63,458 nucleotides of DNA from Candidatus Staskawiczbacteria bacterium (GCA_026395215.1 JAPLZC010000012.1:1-63458); one strand, 5' to 3'; shown: positions 17,391 to 25,776, numbered from the stretch's first letter. Translations and numbers: made by a program. Notes: generated by a model not told the origin, from the letters alone.

Positions 17391-18671
17391 ATGGATAGAT
17401 TTAAGTTACTACCTAAATCAAAGCTCAACGAACTCCCCAAAACAAGCGGCGTTTATTGCTTTGCAGTCGGTGGGATGTCCGACATCCCACCGATTTATAT
17501 CGGCAAGGCCGTGAATATACAAAGCAGGGTTAAAAATCATTTCCAACAGCCTTCTTACCGAGATAATATATTTATAGACAAAGTTGAGAAAATTGGATAT
17601 TTTGAAACTGGCTCAGAAATTGAGGCTTTGCTTTTGGAAGCCAGCTTAATTAAAAAGCACCAACCAAGGTTTAATGTAGTCTGGAAGGACGATAAGAATT
17701 ATTTTTACGTGGCTATCGAGCAAGATAAAAACAAGATTCCGTATGTCTTTATTACACATAAGCCAAAAAAAATCCACCCGGTCATCCGACCGGGTGCCCC
17801 GTCGAATGACGGGGCAAAATCCCAGTATATCGGACCTTTTGTAGAAGGGACAGCTTTAAAAATGACCCTAAAGTTTTTAAGACGCGTATTCCCCTACTAC
17901 ACTTCTGCGAGGCATCCAAAGAGCAACTGCACCTGGTGCCATTTAGGACTTTGTCCCGGACCAAATCACGATTTGAAGGCGTACAAAAAAAATATAAAAA
18001 AACTAGTTTTAATTCTTCAAGGGAAAAGCAAAACTGTTTTAAATTCCCTGAAACGGGAGATGGCTACTTTTTCTGAACAAAACAAGTTTGAGGAGGCCGG
18101 CAAAGTACGCGATGAAATCGCCAGCTTACAACAAGTCATGTCCCACTCCAGCGTCATTACCCAAGCAAAGTCCGGTGGGGTGTCGGACATCCCACCACTC
18201 TCTGGCAGGGTTGAGTGTTATGATGTGTCTAACATACAGGGCAAACAAGCCACCGGTTCTATGATTGCTTTTACAGATGGAAAACCAGATAAGAGCCAAT
18301 ATAGAAAGTTTAAAATAAAAATGGAAAACACGCCCAATGACATAGCTATGTTAAAAGAAATTATAACCAGACGACTTAACCACGTTAAGTGGCCTTATCC
18401 GGAAGTTATGTTGATAGACGGTGGAAAAGCTCAGTTGAATGCGGCAATAGAAATTAAAAATTATTTTAAAAATTTAAAAATTAGAAATTTAAAAATTATC
18501 TCCATTGCCAAGGGCAGACAAGAATTATTTATTGAGGGGTGCAAGGAACCAATACCACTAAAAAATCTTCCACAAGAAACTTATAACCTGATAAAAAATT
18601 TAGATGACGAAGCTCACAGATTTGCCATAACTTACCATAAAAAATTGAGAAGAAAGGAATTGTTGCAATAG
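17391..18671 (+). CDS. uvrC: excinuclease ABC subunit UvrC, short form (no C-terminal HhH2)
   Basis: GIY-YIG (GVYCF...YIGKA.N...R), UVR motif (KFEEAGKVRDEIASLQ), RNase H-like endonuclease domain (YDVSNIQG...YRKFKIK...IDGGKAQL). Ends right after EAHRFAITYHKKLR. Confidence 0.93.
   Translation: MDRFKLLPKSKLNELPKTSGVYCFAVGGMSDIPPIYIGKAVNIQSRVKNHFQQPSYRDNIFIDKVEKIGYFETGSEIEALLLEASLIKKHQPRFNVVWKDDKNYFYVAIEQDKNKIPYVFITHKPKKIHPVIRPGAPSNDGAKSQYIGPFVEGTALKMTLKFLRRVFPYYTSARHPKSNCTWCHLGLCPGPNHDLKAYKKNIKKLVLILQGKSKTVLNSLKREMATFSEQNKFEEAGKVRDEIASLQQVMSHSSVITQAKSGGVSDIPPLSGRVECYDVSNIQGKQATGSMIAFTDGKPDKSQYRKFKIKMENTPNDIAMLKEIITRRLNHVKWPYPEVMLIDGGKAQLNAAIEIKNYFKNLKIRNLKIISIAKGRQELFIEGCKEPIPLKNLPQETYNLIKNLDDEAHRFAITYHKKLRRKELLQ
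17469..17491. repeat. 23-nt perfect palindrome, 'SDIPP' family, in frame in GIY-YIG domain
   Basis: GGTGGGATGTC-C-GACATCCCACC encodes GGMSDIPP. Confidence 0.9.
17777..17815. repeat. tandem pair of GC-rich stem-loops, 'PVIRPGA' family, in frame
   Basis: CCCGGTC-ATCC-GACCGGG followed by GCCCCGTC-GAAT-GACGGGGC encodes HPVIRPGAPSNDGA. Confidence 0.9.
18174..18196. repeat. 23-nt palindrome, 'SDIPP' family, in frame
   Basis: GGTGGGGTGTC-G-GACATCCCACC encodes GGVSDIPP. Flanks are shared with the copy at 5348. Confidence 0.9.
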
Positions 18672-18710
18672 TTATTGCTTTTTAACAAAAAACCTGCTAT
18701 TATATATCAA

Positions 18711-19103
18711 ATGAAGAGATTACTCTCTCAGATTGTTGCGGCTGCATTAGGATTGTGGCTGGCAATGTTGTATGTGCCCGGGGTTGTAATAAAAGCATAC
18801 CCAACATCCAACTTTTTCGGGTTTCCATTAACAGCTCAGTGGGAAGTTATTTTGGTTCTAGGAATTGTCTTGGGCTTATTAAATTATTTTTTAAGACCTA
18901 TTCTAAAGACCTTGGCTCTGCCGTTAGAAATAATTACTCTTGGACTTTTTACAATAATTATAGATATGGGCTTGATATGGTTACTAGAAACAATGTTTGA
19001 CGAACTGACTGTACCATTTTTCTTACCTCTTCTATATACAACCCTAGTTATTTGGATATCAAATATTATTATCATATTTTTTACAACAAAACATAACAAA
19101 TAA
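18711..19103 (+). CDS. 4-TM membrane protein, phage-holin-4 / DUF360-like family
   Basis: LGLLNYFLRPILKTLALPLEIITLGLFTIIID matches the PF04020-type core. ATG at MKRLLSQ is preferred over the TTG at 18675. Confidence 0.6.
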   Translation: MKRLLSQIVAAALGLWLAMLYVPGVVIKAYPTSNFFGFPLTAQWEVILVLGIVLGLLNYFLRPILKTLALPLEIITLGLFTIIIDMGLIWLLETMFDELTVPFFLPLLYTTLVIWISNIIIIFFTTKHNK

Positions 19104-19107
19104 ACAA

Positions 19108-19332
19108 ATGAATCAAATATTATATTATACACAACTCGCAGTATCTGTAATTTTAATTATACTTATTGTAATACAACAAAGAGGAGCTGCTTTGGGAGCC
19201 GGTTTTGGCGGAAGCGGAGGCGGAGAAGTTTATTCAACCAAACGCGGAGCTCAAAAGAAAATATACTACGCCACAATTGCTATAGCAACCATTTTCTTGG
19301 TCTTGGGCGTATTAAATATATTGCTTCCATAA
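19108..19332 (+). CDS. secG: preprotein translocase subunit SecG
   Basis: 74 aa, two TM helices flanking a Gly-rich loop QQRGAALGAGFGGSGGGE. Confidence 0.8.
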   Translation: MNQILYYTQLAVSVILIILIVIQQRGAALGAGFGGSGGGEVYSTKRGAQKKIYYATIAIATIFLVLGVLNILLP

Positions 19333-19343
19333 AACCATAATAA

Positions 19344-21353
19344 ATGAAGTTTCCTAAGTTTTCTCAGTGGAAACAACTTTTTAAAATACTAGACAAAAAA
19401 GAAAGAACACTTTTTTTAATTTTTGTTGTCCTGGCAATTTTATCTGCCGGATATTTGGTAATTGATCTTTACTTAAGCAATACAAAAATAGTTCCCGCTT
19501 ACAGTGGGACATACACTGAGGGTGTGGTGGGACAACCAAGGTTTATAAATCCTATTTACGGAGAAACCAATGATGTTGATAGGACATTGATTGACTTGGT
19601 TTATTCGGGGCTTATGACCTATGACAAAGACGGAAAAATAGTGAATGACCTGGCAAAAAGTCACAATCTCTCTGACGATGGCAAAACCTACACCTTTTTG
19701 TTAAAAGATAATCTTTATTGGCAAGATGGAACACCTTTGACAGCTGGCGACGTAATTTACACTATAAAAACAATCCAAAACTCCGATTATAAGAGTCCTT
19801 TAAGGGCAAACTGGCTTAATGTTGACATAAAAAAAGTGTCGGATAAATCTTTAAGCTTATCGTTGAACGCGCCTTATAATTCTTTTTTGGAAAACTGCAC
19901 GTTAAAAATAATCCCCGCTCACATTTGGAAAAATGTCTCATCGGAAAATTTTGCTTTGACTTCATATAATTTACAGCCGGTTGGCTCAGGACCCTATACT
20001 CTTTCTGCCCTGCAAGAAAATAAAAGCGGGTTTATAAAAAGTTTAACCTTAGTATCAAACCACAAATATTACGAAAAGTTACCATATATATCACAAATTA
20101 ATTTTAATTTTTTTAGCAGTAAAGAAGATTTAATAAGCGCCGCCAACCAAAAAACAATAAACGGTTTTGACATTTCAGCATTGGGCGACAACCAAGCTTC
20201 TCTGGAAAAGCAAATTCACCAAGGATGGAGCACAAATGAGAAATATAATGTTTATTCTTTTTCTCTGCCAAGATATTTTGCCGTATTTTTTAACAATGGC
20301 CAAGGGGGCACCCCTTCTAAACTTTTATCAGATAGTAATATAACACAAGCTCTCAATGACTCGGTTAATAAACAGGAATTGATTCAAAAAATACAAGACA
20401 CATATAAAGAAAAAATTTCTTTAGTCAATTCCCCGCTTTTACCAGATTATTTTGGATATGCCCAGCCAACAGTAACTTATAGTTTTGACACAGGCGCAGC
20501 AGGAAAACTTTTAGACAAAGCGGGATATAAACTTGATGCCGCCACAGGTTTGAGAGCAAAAGCAAACACCAAAAAACCAGCATTCCAATTTAAAAGCTAC
20601 TTAAAGGTTGGCTCAAGCGGGAACGAAGTTGTAGAACTTCAGGGATGTTTGTCCAGGTTGGACGATAGCTTCAAAAATCCTTTACAGAATGAAACCAGCG
20701 GAAAATTTGGCAAAGGAACCGAAAGTGCAATAAATGCTTTTCAAGAAAAGTATCTGCCGGATACTCAAAGCACAGGAGAAACTGGCCCAACCACACGGAA
20801 AAAACTTAACGAATTGTGCCTTGTTCCGCAAAACAATTCTATTCCTTTACAGTTTACCTTAACAACAATAAATCAACCACAGCTAGTTATGGTTGCAAAC
20901 CTCCTGAGAGATTACTGGCAAAAAGTTGGAGCAACTGTACAAGTAAAAACCGTAGAACTTTCGGAATTAAAAGATATAATTAAAAATAGAAATTATGACG
21001 CTTTGCTTTATGGCCAAGCTTTAGGAATGCTACCCGACTTATATCCATTTTGGCATTCAACTCAAATAAATGCTCCAGGATTAAATTTATCATCGTACCA
21101 AAATAAAAAAGCTGACCAGTTGTTGAAAGATGCCAGAGAAACTTCTGATGATTCTATAAAATCACAAAAATATGAAAACTTACAAAACATAATACTCACC
21201 GATGCCCCTGCCCTATTTTTGTACAACCCAGATTATCTTTATTGGGTTTCTGGAAAAGTAAAAGGAATAGATACAACAAAAATAGTTGACCCAGCCAAAA
21301 GATTTGAAAATATTATTAATTGGTTTATAAATACAAAAAGAGTATGGAAATAA
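19344..21353 (+). CDS. membrane-anchored family-5 (peptide/nickel-type) solute-binding protein with embedded peptidoglycan-binding-like domain
   Basis: SBP_bac_5-like N-terminal part (GVVGQPRFINPIY...DLVYSGLM...W.DG.PLTA.DV). Insert GSSGNEVVELQGCL...GKFGKGTESAINAFQEKY resembles PG_binding_1. Confidence 0.65.
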   Translation: MKFPKFSQWKQLFKILDKKERTLFLIFVVLAILSAGYLVIDLYLSNTKIVPAYSGTYTEGVVGQPRFINPIYGETNDVDRTLIDLVYSGLMTYDKDGKIVNDLAKSHNLSDDGKTYTFLLKDNLYWQDGTPLTAGDVIYTIKTIQNSDYKSPLRANWLNVDIKKVSDKSLSLSLNAPYNSFLENCTLKIIPAHIWKNVSSENFALTSYNLQPVGSGPYTLSALQENKSGFIKSLTLVSNHKYYEKLPYISQINFNFFSSKEDLISAANQKTINGFDISALGDNQASLEKQIHQGWSTNEKYNVYSFSLPRYFAVFFNNGQGGTPSKLLSDSNITQALNDSVNKQELIQKIQDTYKEKISLVNSPLLPDYFGYAQPTVTYSFDTGAAGKLLDKAGYKLDAATGLRAKANTKKPAFQFKSYLKVGSSGNEVVELQGCLSRLDDSFKNPLQNETSGKFGKGTESAINAFQEKYLPDTQSTGETGPTTRKKLNELCLVPQNNSIPLQFTLTTINQPQLVMVANLLRDYWQKVGATVQVKTVELSELKDIIKNRNYDALLYGQALGMLPDLYPFWHSTQINAPGLNLSSYQNKKADQLLKDARETSDDSIKSQKYENLQNIILTDAPALFLYNPDYLYWVSGKVKGIDTTKIVDPAKRFENIINWFINTKRVWK

Positions 21354-21922
21354 GAAAATTAAATGACATGCGTGAAGTTTTAGCAGATAAAGAATTCTCA
21401 AAGAATTCTCCAGATACGGATTTATATTCTATGTACCGTGGTTTAAAAACAAACGGCGAATTAAGATATGACGAAACAATTGTTTTTGCTAAAATGCTTG
21501 GAAATGAATTTAACAAAACCAAAGGACATTACCATGTTGGAGCTTACCCAGAAATATATATGGTTTTAGAAGGCACTGCTATTTATCTCTTACAAAAACG
21601 AAACGATTCCGGGGATATAGAAGACGTTTATGCTGTGACTGTAAAAGCCGGAGAGTGCGCAATAATGCCTGCATTTTATGGACACGTAACAATAAACCCA
21701 TCTGAAACCGAAGACCTTAAAATGGCAAATTGGATTTCTGACAACTGTAAAAGCGACTACTCCCCTTATGTAGAAAAACAAGGCGCTTGCTATTACTATG
21801 TAAAAGAAGACGGCCAGACAAAATGGATAAAAAACGAAAACTATAAAAATACGCCAAACCTGCGATTTGAACAACCTCTGAAAGAAATTCCCCAAGATTT
21901 AGAATTTCTAAAAAAAGGGTAA
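21344..21922 (+). CDS. cupin-type glucose-6-phosphate isomerase (archaeal-type cPGI)
   Basis: TKGHYHVGAYPEIYMVLEG and PAFYGHVTIN match the cPGI signatures (TxGHxH...ExY; P..xxxHxxxN). Start at MEIRKL overlaps the upstream stop by 10 nt. Confidence 0.65.
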   Translation: MEIRKLNDMREVLADKEFSKNSPDTDLYSMYRGLKTNGELRYDETIVFAKMLGNEFNKTKGHYHVGAYPEIYMVLEGTAIYLLQKRNDSGDIEDVYAVTVKAGECAIMPAFYGHVTINPSETEDLKMANWISDNCKSDYSPYVEKQGACYYYVKEDGQTKWIKNENYKNTPNLRFEQPLKEIPQDLEFLKKG

Positions 21923-21927
21923 TACTT

Positions 21928-22010
21928 GCGGACGTGGCGAAATGGCAGACGCATACGCTTCAGGTGCGTACGACCTCACGGTCATGAGGGTTCAACTCCC
22001 TCCGTCCGCA
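21928..22010 (+). tRNA. tRNA-Leu (anticodon CAG), class II
   Basis: Hand-folded: acceptor GCGGACG/CGTCCGC, anticodon stem TACGC/GCGTA with loop TTCAGGT, variable arm GACC-TCAC-GGTC, T arm GAGGG-TTCAACT-CCCTC, discriminator A. Confidence 0.9.
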
Positions 22011-22020
22011 CAAAGGGTTC

Positions 22021-22061
22021 GCCCAGTGATGAACACTGGGCGCCAGGTGTTAATCACCTGG
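22021..22061. repeat. tandem pair of GC-rich stem-loops inside a tRNA 3'-end remnant
   Basis: GCCCAGTG-ATGAA-CACTGGGC then CCAGGTG-TTAAT-CACCTGG. Flanks GGGTTC / CAACTCCCTCCCGCGGCA mimic the T arm + acceptor of the adjacent tRNA. Confidence 0.7.
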
Positions 22062-22146
22062 CAACTCCCTCCCGCGGCACACTTCGGTTTAGACCTCAGT
22101 GTAAACTTAAAATAAAAAAATTAATATAAAATATAATTAAAATAAA

Positions 22147-23952
22147 ATGATGATACAAAAAAGACCGGCCTCTGCCGGTAGACCCTCCTACGCCAAGGCT
22201 TCGGACGGGCAAGCAAGACCAGCGCCAATTAGGAGCTGGCATGAAACAACTCCGGTTCCAACAAAAGTTTGGAAGGGAGATAATACACTTAAAATAATCC
22301 CATTAGGAGGATGCGAAGAAGTTGGAAGAAACATGACTGTCTTTGAATATGGACAGGATATTGTAATTCTAGATATGGGGCTTCAATTCCCCGAGGAAGA
22401 TATGCCGGGAATTGATTATGTAATTCCAAACGTGGAATATCTAAAAAGTAAAGAAAAAAATATACGCGGAGTTATTTTCTCCCACGGTCACTTAGACCAC
22501 ATTGGAGCTGCCGCAATTTTGCTAGATAAACTGGGAAATCCACAAATAATTGGGCGTCCTTTAACTTTAGAGATGGTAAAACACAGGGTTGAAGATACTT
22601 TTAAGGGTGCTTCAAAAAAGCTGCGAACTTTATATGTAAAAGATTTACAACAAAAAATTACTTTGGGAGCTTTCACCTTATCCTTTTTCCAGGTTGACCA
22701 CGCAATTATGGACGCAATGGGAGTTATTTTAGAAACCCCTTCGGCAACTGTTATACACCCTGGCGATTGGACAATTGAAAGAGATCCAGTTGGCAGAAAA
22801 GCAATCAACTACACCCAGCTAGCCAACCTAAAAAGACCGACAGTTTTAATGTTAGAGTCTTTGGGGGCTACAAATCAAAAAGAGCAAGTCACCGAGGAAG
22901 AAATGTTGAATAATTTATTCAGTTTAATAACAAATGCTCCAGGCAGAGTTATTATTACCACTTTTTCTTCACAAATTACTAGGATAAGACAGATATTGGA
23001 GTTTGCCACAAAAAATAACAAAAAAGTTGCTCTGGATGGTTTCTCAATGAAACTAAATATAGAGCTGGCAACAAAATTGGGCTACATAAATATTCCAAAG
23101 GGAGTTTTAATAACAACCGACAAAGCCCACACCTACCCTGACAACAAAGTAATTATTGTTTGCACTGGCGGACAAGGCGAAGAAATGGCGGCACTTTCAA
23201 GAATTGTTGCGGGAAACCACAGATTTGTTAAAATTAAAAAAGAAGATACGGTTATTTTTTCTTCTTCAGTAATTCCGGGAAACGAGCGCACAGTCCAGCG
23301 AGTAAAAGACAATCTTTACCGTCAGTCTGACAACGTTTACCATTCAGACATTATAGATGTCCACATTTCTGGCCACAGCAATATAGAAGGAATAAAAGAA
23401 ATGTTAAAAGAAATCAAACCAGACTACTTTATTCCAGTTTACGCCAACCACTACTTCCTTAAGGAAGCAGCTAAAGTTGCCCAAAGCATTGGATTTAGAA
23501 AAGATAAAATATTTGTGCCAGACAACGGTTCTATAATTAAGTTTTCTAGTGGAGCAATACCGGCTGAAGTTCTGAAAGAAAAAGTTCCAACAAATTATGT
23601 TTTCGTTGACGGTTTGGGTGTTGGAGATGTTGGCGAAATTGTTTTGCGCGACCGCCAAGCACTTGCCGAAGATGGAATGTTTGTGATTGTAACAGTCATA
23701 GACAAACGTACCGGCCAAGTTAAAGGCAGCCCAGACATTATTTCCCGCGGATTTGTCTACTTGCGCGAATCAAAAGACTTGTTGTCACAAACCAGAAAGA
23801 AAGTTATAGAAATAGTCTACAAAACCGCCGGCCACGGAGGCGCTGTAAACTGGACCTACGTAAAAGACGAAATCCGCAACAAAATCGGCGACTTCCTAGC
23901 CACCAAAACCAGCCGAAGACCAATGATACTTCCAGTCGTCATCGAAGTCTAA
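22147..23952 (+). CDS. rnj: ribonuclease J (metallo-beta-lactamase/beta-CASP) with ~40-aa GC-rich N-terminal extension
   Basis: LKIIPLGG...HGHLDHIG...beta-CASP and C-terminal domain. 601 aa. Confidence 0.93.
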   Translation: MMIQKRPASAGRPSYAKASDGQARPAPIRSWHETTPVPTKVWKGDNTLKIIPLGGCEEVGRNMTVFEYGQDIVILDMGLQFPEEDMPGIDYVIPNVEYLKSKEKNIRGVIFSHGHLDHIGAAAILLDKLGNPQIIGRPLTLEMVKHRVEDTFKGASKKLRTLYVKDLQQKITLGAFTLSFFQVDHAIMDAMGVILETPSATVIHPGDWTIERDPVGRKAINYTQLANLKRPTVLMLESLGATNQKEQVTEEEMLNNLFSLITNAPGRVIITTFSSQITRIRQILEFATKNNKKVALDGFSMKLNIELATKLGYINIPKGVLITTDKAHTYPDNKVIIVCTGGQGEEMAALSRIVAGNHRFVKIKKEDTVIFSSSVIPGNERTVQRVKDNLYRQSDNVYHSDIIDVHISGHSNIEGIKEMLKEIKPDYFIPVYANHYFLKEAAKVAQSIGFRKDKIFVPDNGSIIKFSSGAIPAEVLKEKVPTNYVFVDGLGVGDVGEIVLRDRQALAEDGMFVIVTVIDKRTGQVKGSPDIISRGFVYLRESKDLLSQTRKKVIEIVYKTAGHGGAVNWTYVKDEIRNKIGDFLATKTSRRPMILPVVIEV

Positions 23953-24008
23953 TTTACAAACAAAAAAGACCCTTTCGTGATCCCCTTTGTTTAGCATCTG
24001 ATGTAAAA

Positions 24009-24272
24009 TTAATTCTTTTTCAGCGCGAGAATATTTTCTAAATAGTCCACCCTGCTTTCTAATTTGTCGAATTCCGATTTATGAACCACGTCAGCAAGTT
24101 GCCCCTTAATCATTGTCAGGCTTTCATCAATTTTGTGAAATTTCTTATTCAAAAATTCCGTTTGTTCTTCAAACTTTTTATTGAGCACTTCTGTCTGCCC
24201 ATCAAAACTATTCTTCATCATCACCGCCAAATCGTCTATTGTTATTTTTTTCCCAGAATTATCTTTTGCCAT
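24009..24272 (-). CDS. hypothetical 87-aa coiled-coil protein (inserted between rnj and a relic rnj tail)
   Basis: Intact ORF with heptad-like charged sequence. No family recognised. Confidence 0.5.
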   Translation of the reverse strand: MAKDNSGKKITIDDLAVMMKNSFDGQTEVLNKKFEEQTEFLNKKFHKIDESLTMIKGQLADVVHKSEFDKLESRVDYLENILALKKN

Positions 24273-24348
24273 GTATTTTAAATTAAGTTATTATATACCC
24301 ATTATAATCTTTCCAAACTTCATGTCAAATGTTAAAATTAAAATTGTA

Positions 24349-24396
24349 AAAACCTCCCGCCGCCCAATGATTCTGCCAGTAGCAATTGAGGTTTAA
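24349..24396 (+). pseudogene. relic duplicate of the last 15 codons + stop of rnj
   Basis: Encodes KTSRRPMILPVAIEV* versus the rnj end KTSRRPMILPVVIEV* (23905..23952). 13 nt differences, all but one codon synonymous. Confidence 0.75.
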
Positions 24397-24420
24397 AATT
24401 ATTATTAAAAAATAAAAAAT

Positions 24421-24726
24421 ATGAACTTTTGTAAAAATTGGCCAAGCTGGTTAAAAGGAGGGATAATTTTATTAGTTACTTTTTTATTAATTACTATAAT
24501 TTTAATTCCCTTCGGATTTATTGGTGGAAAATGCAATGCGGGAACGTTTTTCTGCATGAATATCCCCTATTATTCCTTACCAACCATTTTAGGCGTTTTG
24601 GTTTATAAAAATTTCATTAATTTTAATTCTCCAGCCGTGGCAATGCTTTTAGCATCAATAAATTATTTCTTGATAGGTGCGTTAATCGGCTGGATAATCG
24701 GAAAAATAAAAAATAAAAAGATATAA
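24421..24726 (+). CDS. hypothetical small membrane protein (3 TM)
   Basis: Hydrophobic ORF in a gene-sized gap upstream of trpS. Confidence 0.45.
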   Translation: MNFCKNWPSWLKGGIILLVTFLLITIILIPFGFIGGKCNAGTFFCMNIPYYSLPTILGVLVYKNFINFNSPAVAMLLASINYFLIGALIGWIIGKIKNKKI

Positions 24727-24744
24727 GAATTAAAAATAAAAACT

Positions 24745-25722
24745 ATGAGAATATTTAGCGGAATACGGCCTACGGGCGGATTACATATTGGGAATTATTT
24801 GGGGGCTATTAAGCAGTGGATTAGTTTGCAGGAAAGCAATGAATGTGTTTTTTGCATTGTGGATTTGCATGCTATTACTACGCCTTATGATCCTAAAGAA
24901 TTGCAGAAAAATATTTTAGATACTACGGCGGTTTATTTGGCGGCGGGAATTAATCCGGAGAAATCTGTTATTTTTGTTCAGTCACAAGTTAAAGAACATG
25001 CAGAACTGGCTTGGCTTTTGGGAACTATAACTCCAATGGGAGAACTTTCTCGCATGACCCAGTTTAAAGACAAATCCAAGCAACACAAAGATTATATTAA
25101 TGCTGGGCTATTCACCTACCCAGTTTTAATGGCCTCAGACATTCTTTTGTATAAGGGGCAAGCAGTGCCTGTTGGAAAAGACCAAGAACAGCACGTTGAA
25201 CTAACGCGAACAATTGCTAAAAAGTTCAATCAAAAGTTTGGAAAAGTGTTTGATGAACCGGAAACAATTTTACCAAAAACTGGAGCTAAAATAATGAGCT
25301 TAACCGATCCAAAAAGAAAGATGTCAAAGTCTGACGAACCAAAAAGCTGTATTTCTTTATTTGATTCTCCAGAAGACATTACCAAAAAAATAATGTCAGC
25401 TGAAACAGATTCTGGCAAAGATGTAATTTACAACGTAACCAAAAAACCTGGCATCTCAAATCTTTTAACTATTTATTCCCTTTTAACCGACAGGCCAGTC
25501 AAAGAAATTGAAAAAGATTTTGTTGGTAAAGGCTACGGCGACTTCAAAAAATCTTTAGCCACCGTTGTAGTCAACTATTTAGAGCCATTTCGCAGAAAAC
25601 AAAAAGAATTACAAACCCGAGACGTTTACGTAAAAGACATTCTAGCCAAAGGCGCTAGCCGAGCCCGCACCATTGCCGAAACCACCATGGCCGAAGTAAG
25701 GTCAAAAATGGGCCTAGCTTAA
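24745..25722 (+). CDS. trpS: tryptophan--tRNA ligase
   Basis: HIGNYLG (HIGH) and KMSKS motifs. 325 aa, class Ic layout. Confidence 0.96.
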   Translation: MRIFSGIRPTGGLHIGNYLGAIKQWISLQESNECVFCIVDLHAITTPYDPKELQKNILDTTAVYLAAGINPEKSVIFVQSQVKEHAELAWLLGTITPMGELSRMTQFKDKSKQHKDYINAGLFTYPVLMASDILLYKGQAVPVGKDQEQHVELTRTIAKKFNQKFGKVFDEPETILPKTGAKIMSLTDPKRKMSKSDEPKSCISLFDSPEDITKKIMSAETDSGKDVIYNVTKKPGISNLLTIYSLLTDRPVKEIEKDFVGKGYGDFKKSLATVVVNYLEPFRRKQKELQTRDVYVKDILAKGASRARTIAETTMAEVRSKMGLA

Positions 25723-25731
25723 ACATAAATT

Positions 25732-25769
25732 AAAAACACTCCTACGCACCAGAGCGTAGGAGTGTTTTT
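25732..25769. terminator. bidirectional rho-independent terminator between convergent trpS and PMM/PGM
   Basis: A-run, 11-bp stem CACTCCTACGC/GCGTAGGAGTG, then T-run. Confidence 0.8.
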
Positions 25770-25776
25770 GTTTTAT

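Noticed and set aside
21926-22129. A 67-aa plus-strand ORF (MRTWRNGRRIRF...).
   Set aside because: It is the translation of tRNA-Leu and the hairpin-rich spacer.
24181-24396. A 71-aa plus-strand ORF ending KTSRRPMILPVAIEV.
   Set aside because: Most of it is antisense to the 87-aa gene. Only the last 15 codons are meaningful, as a relic rnj tail.
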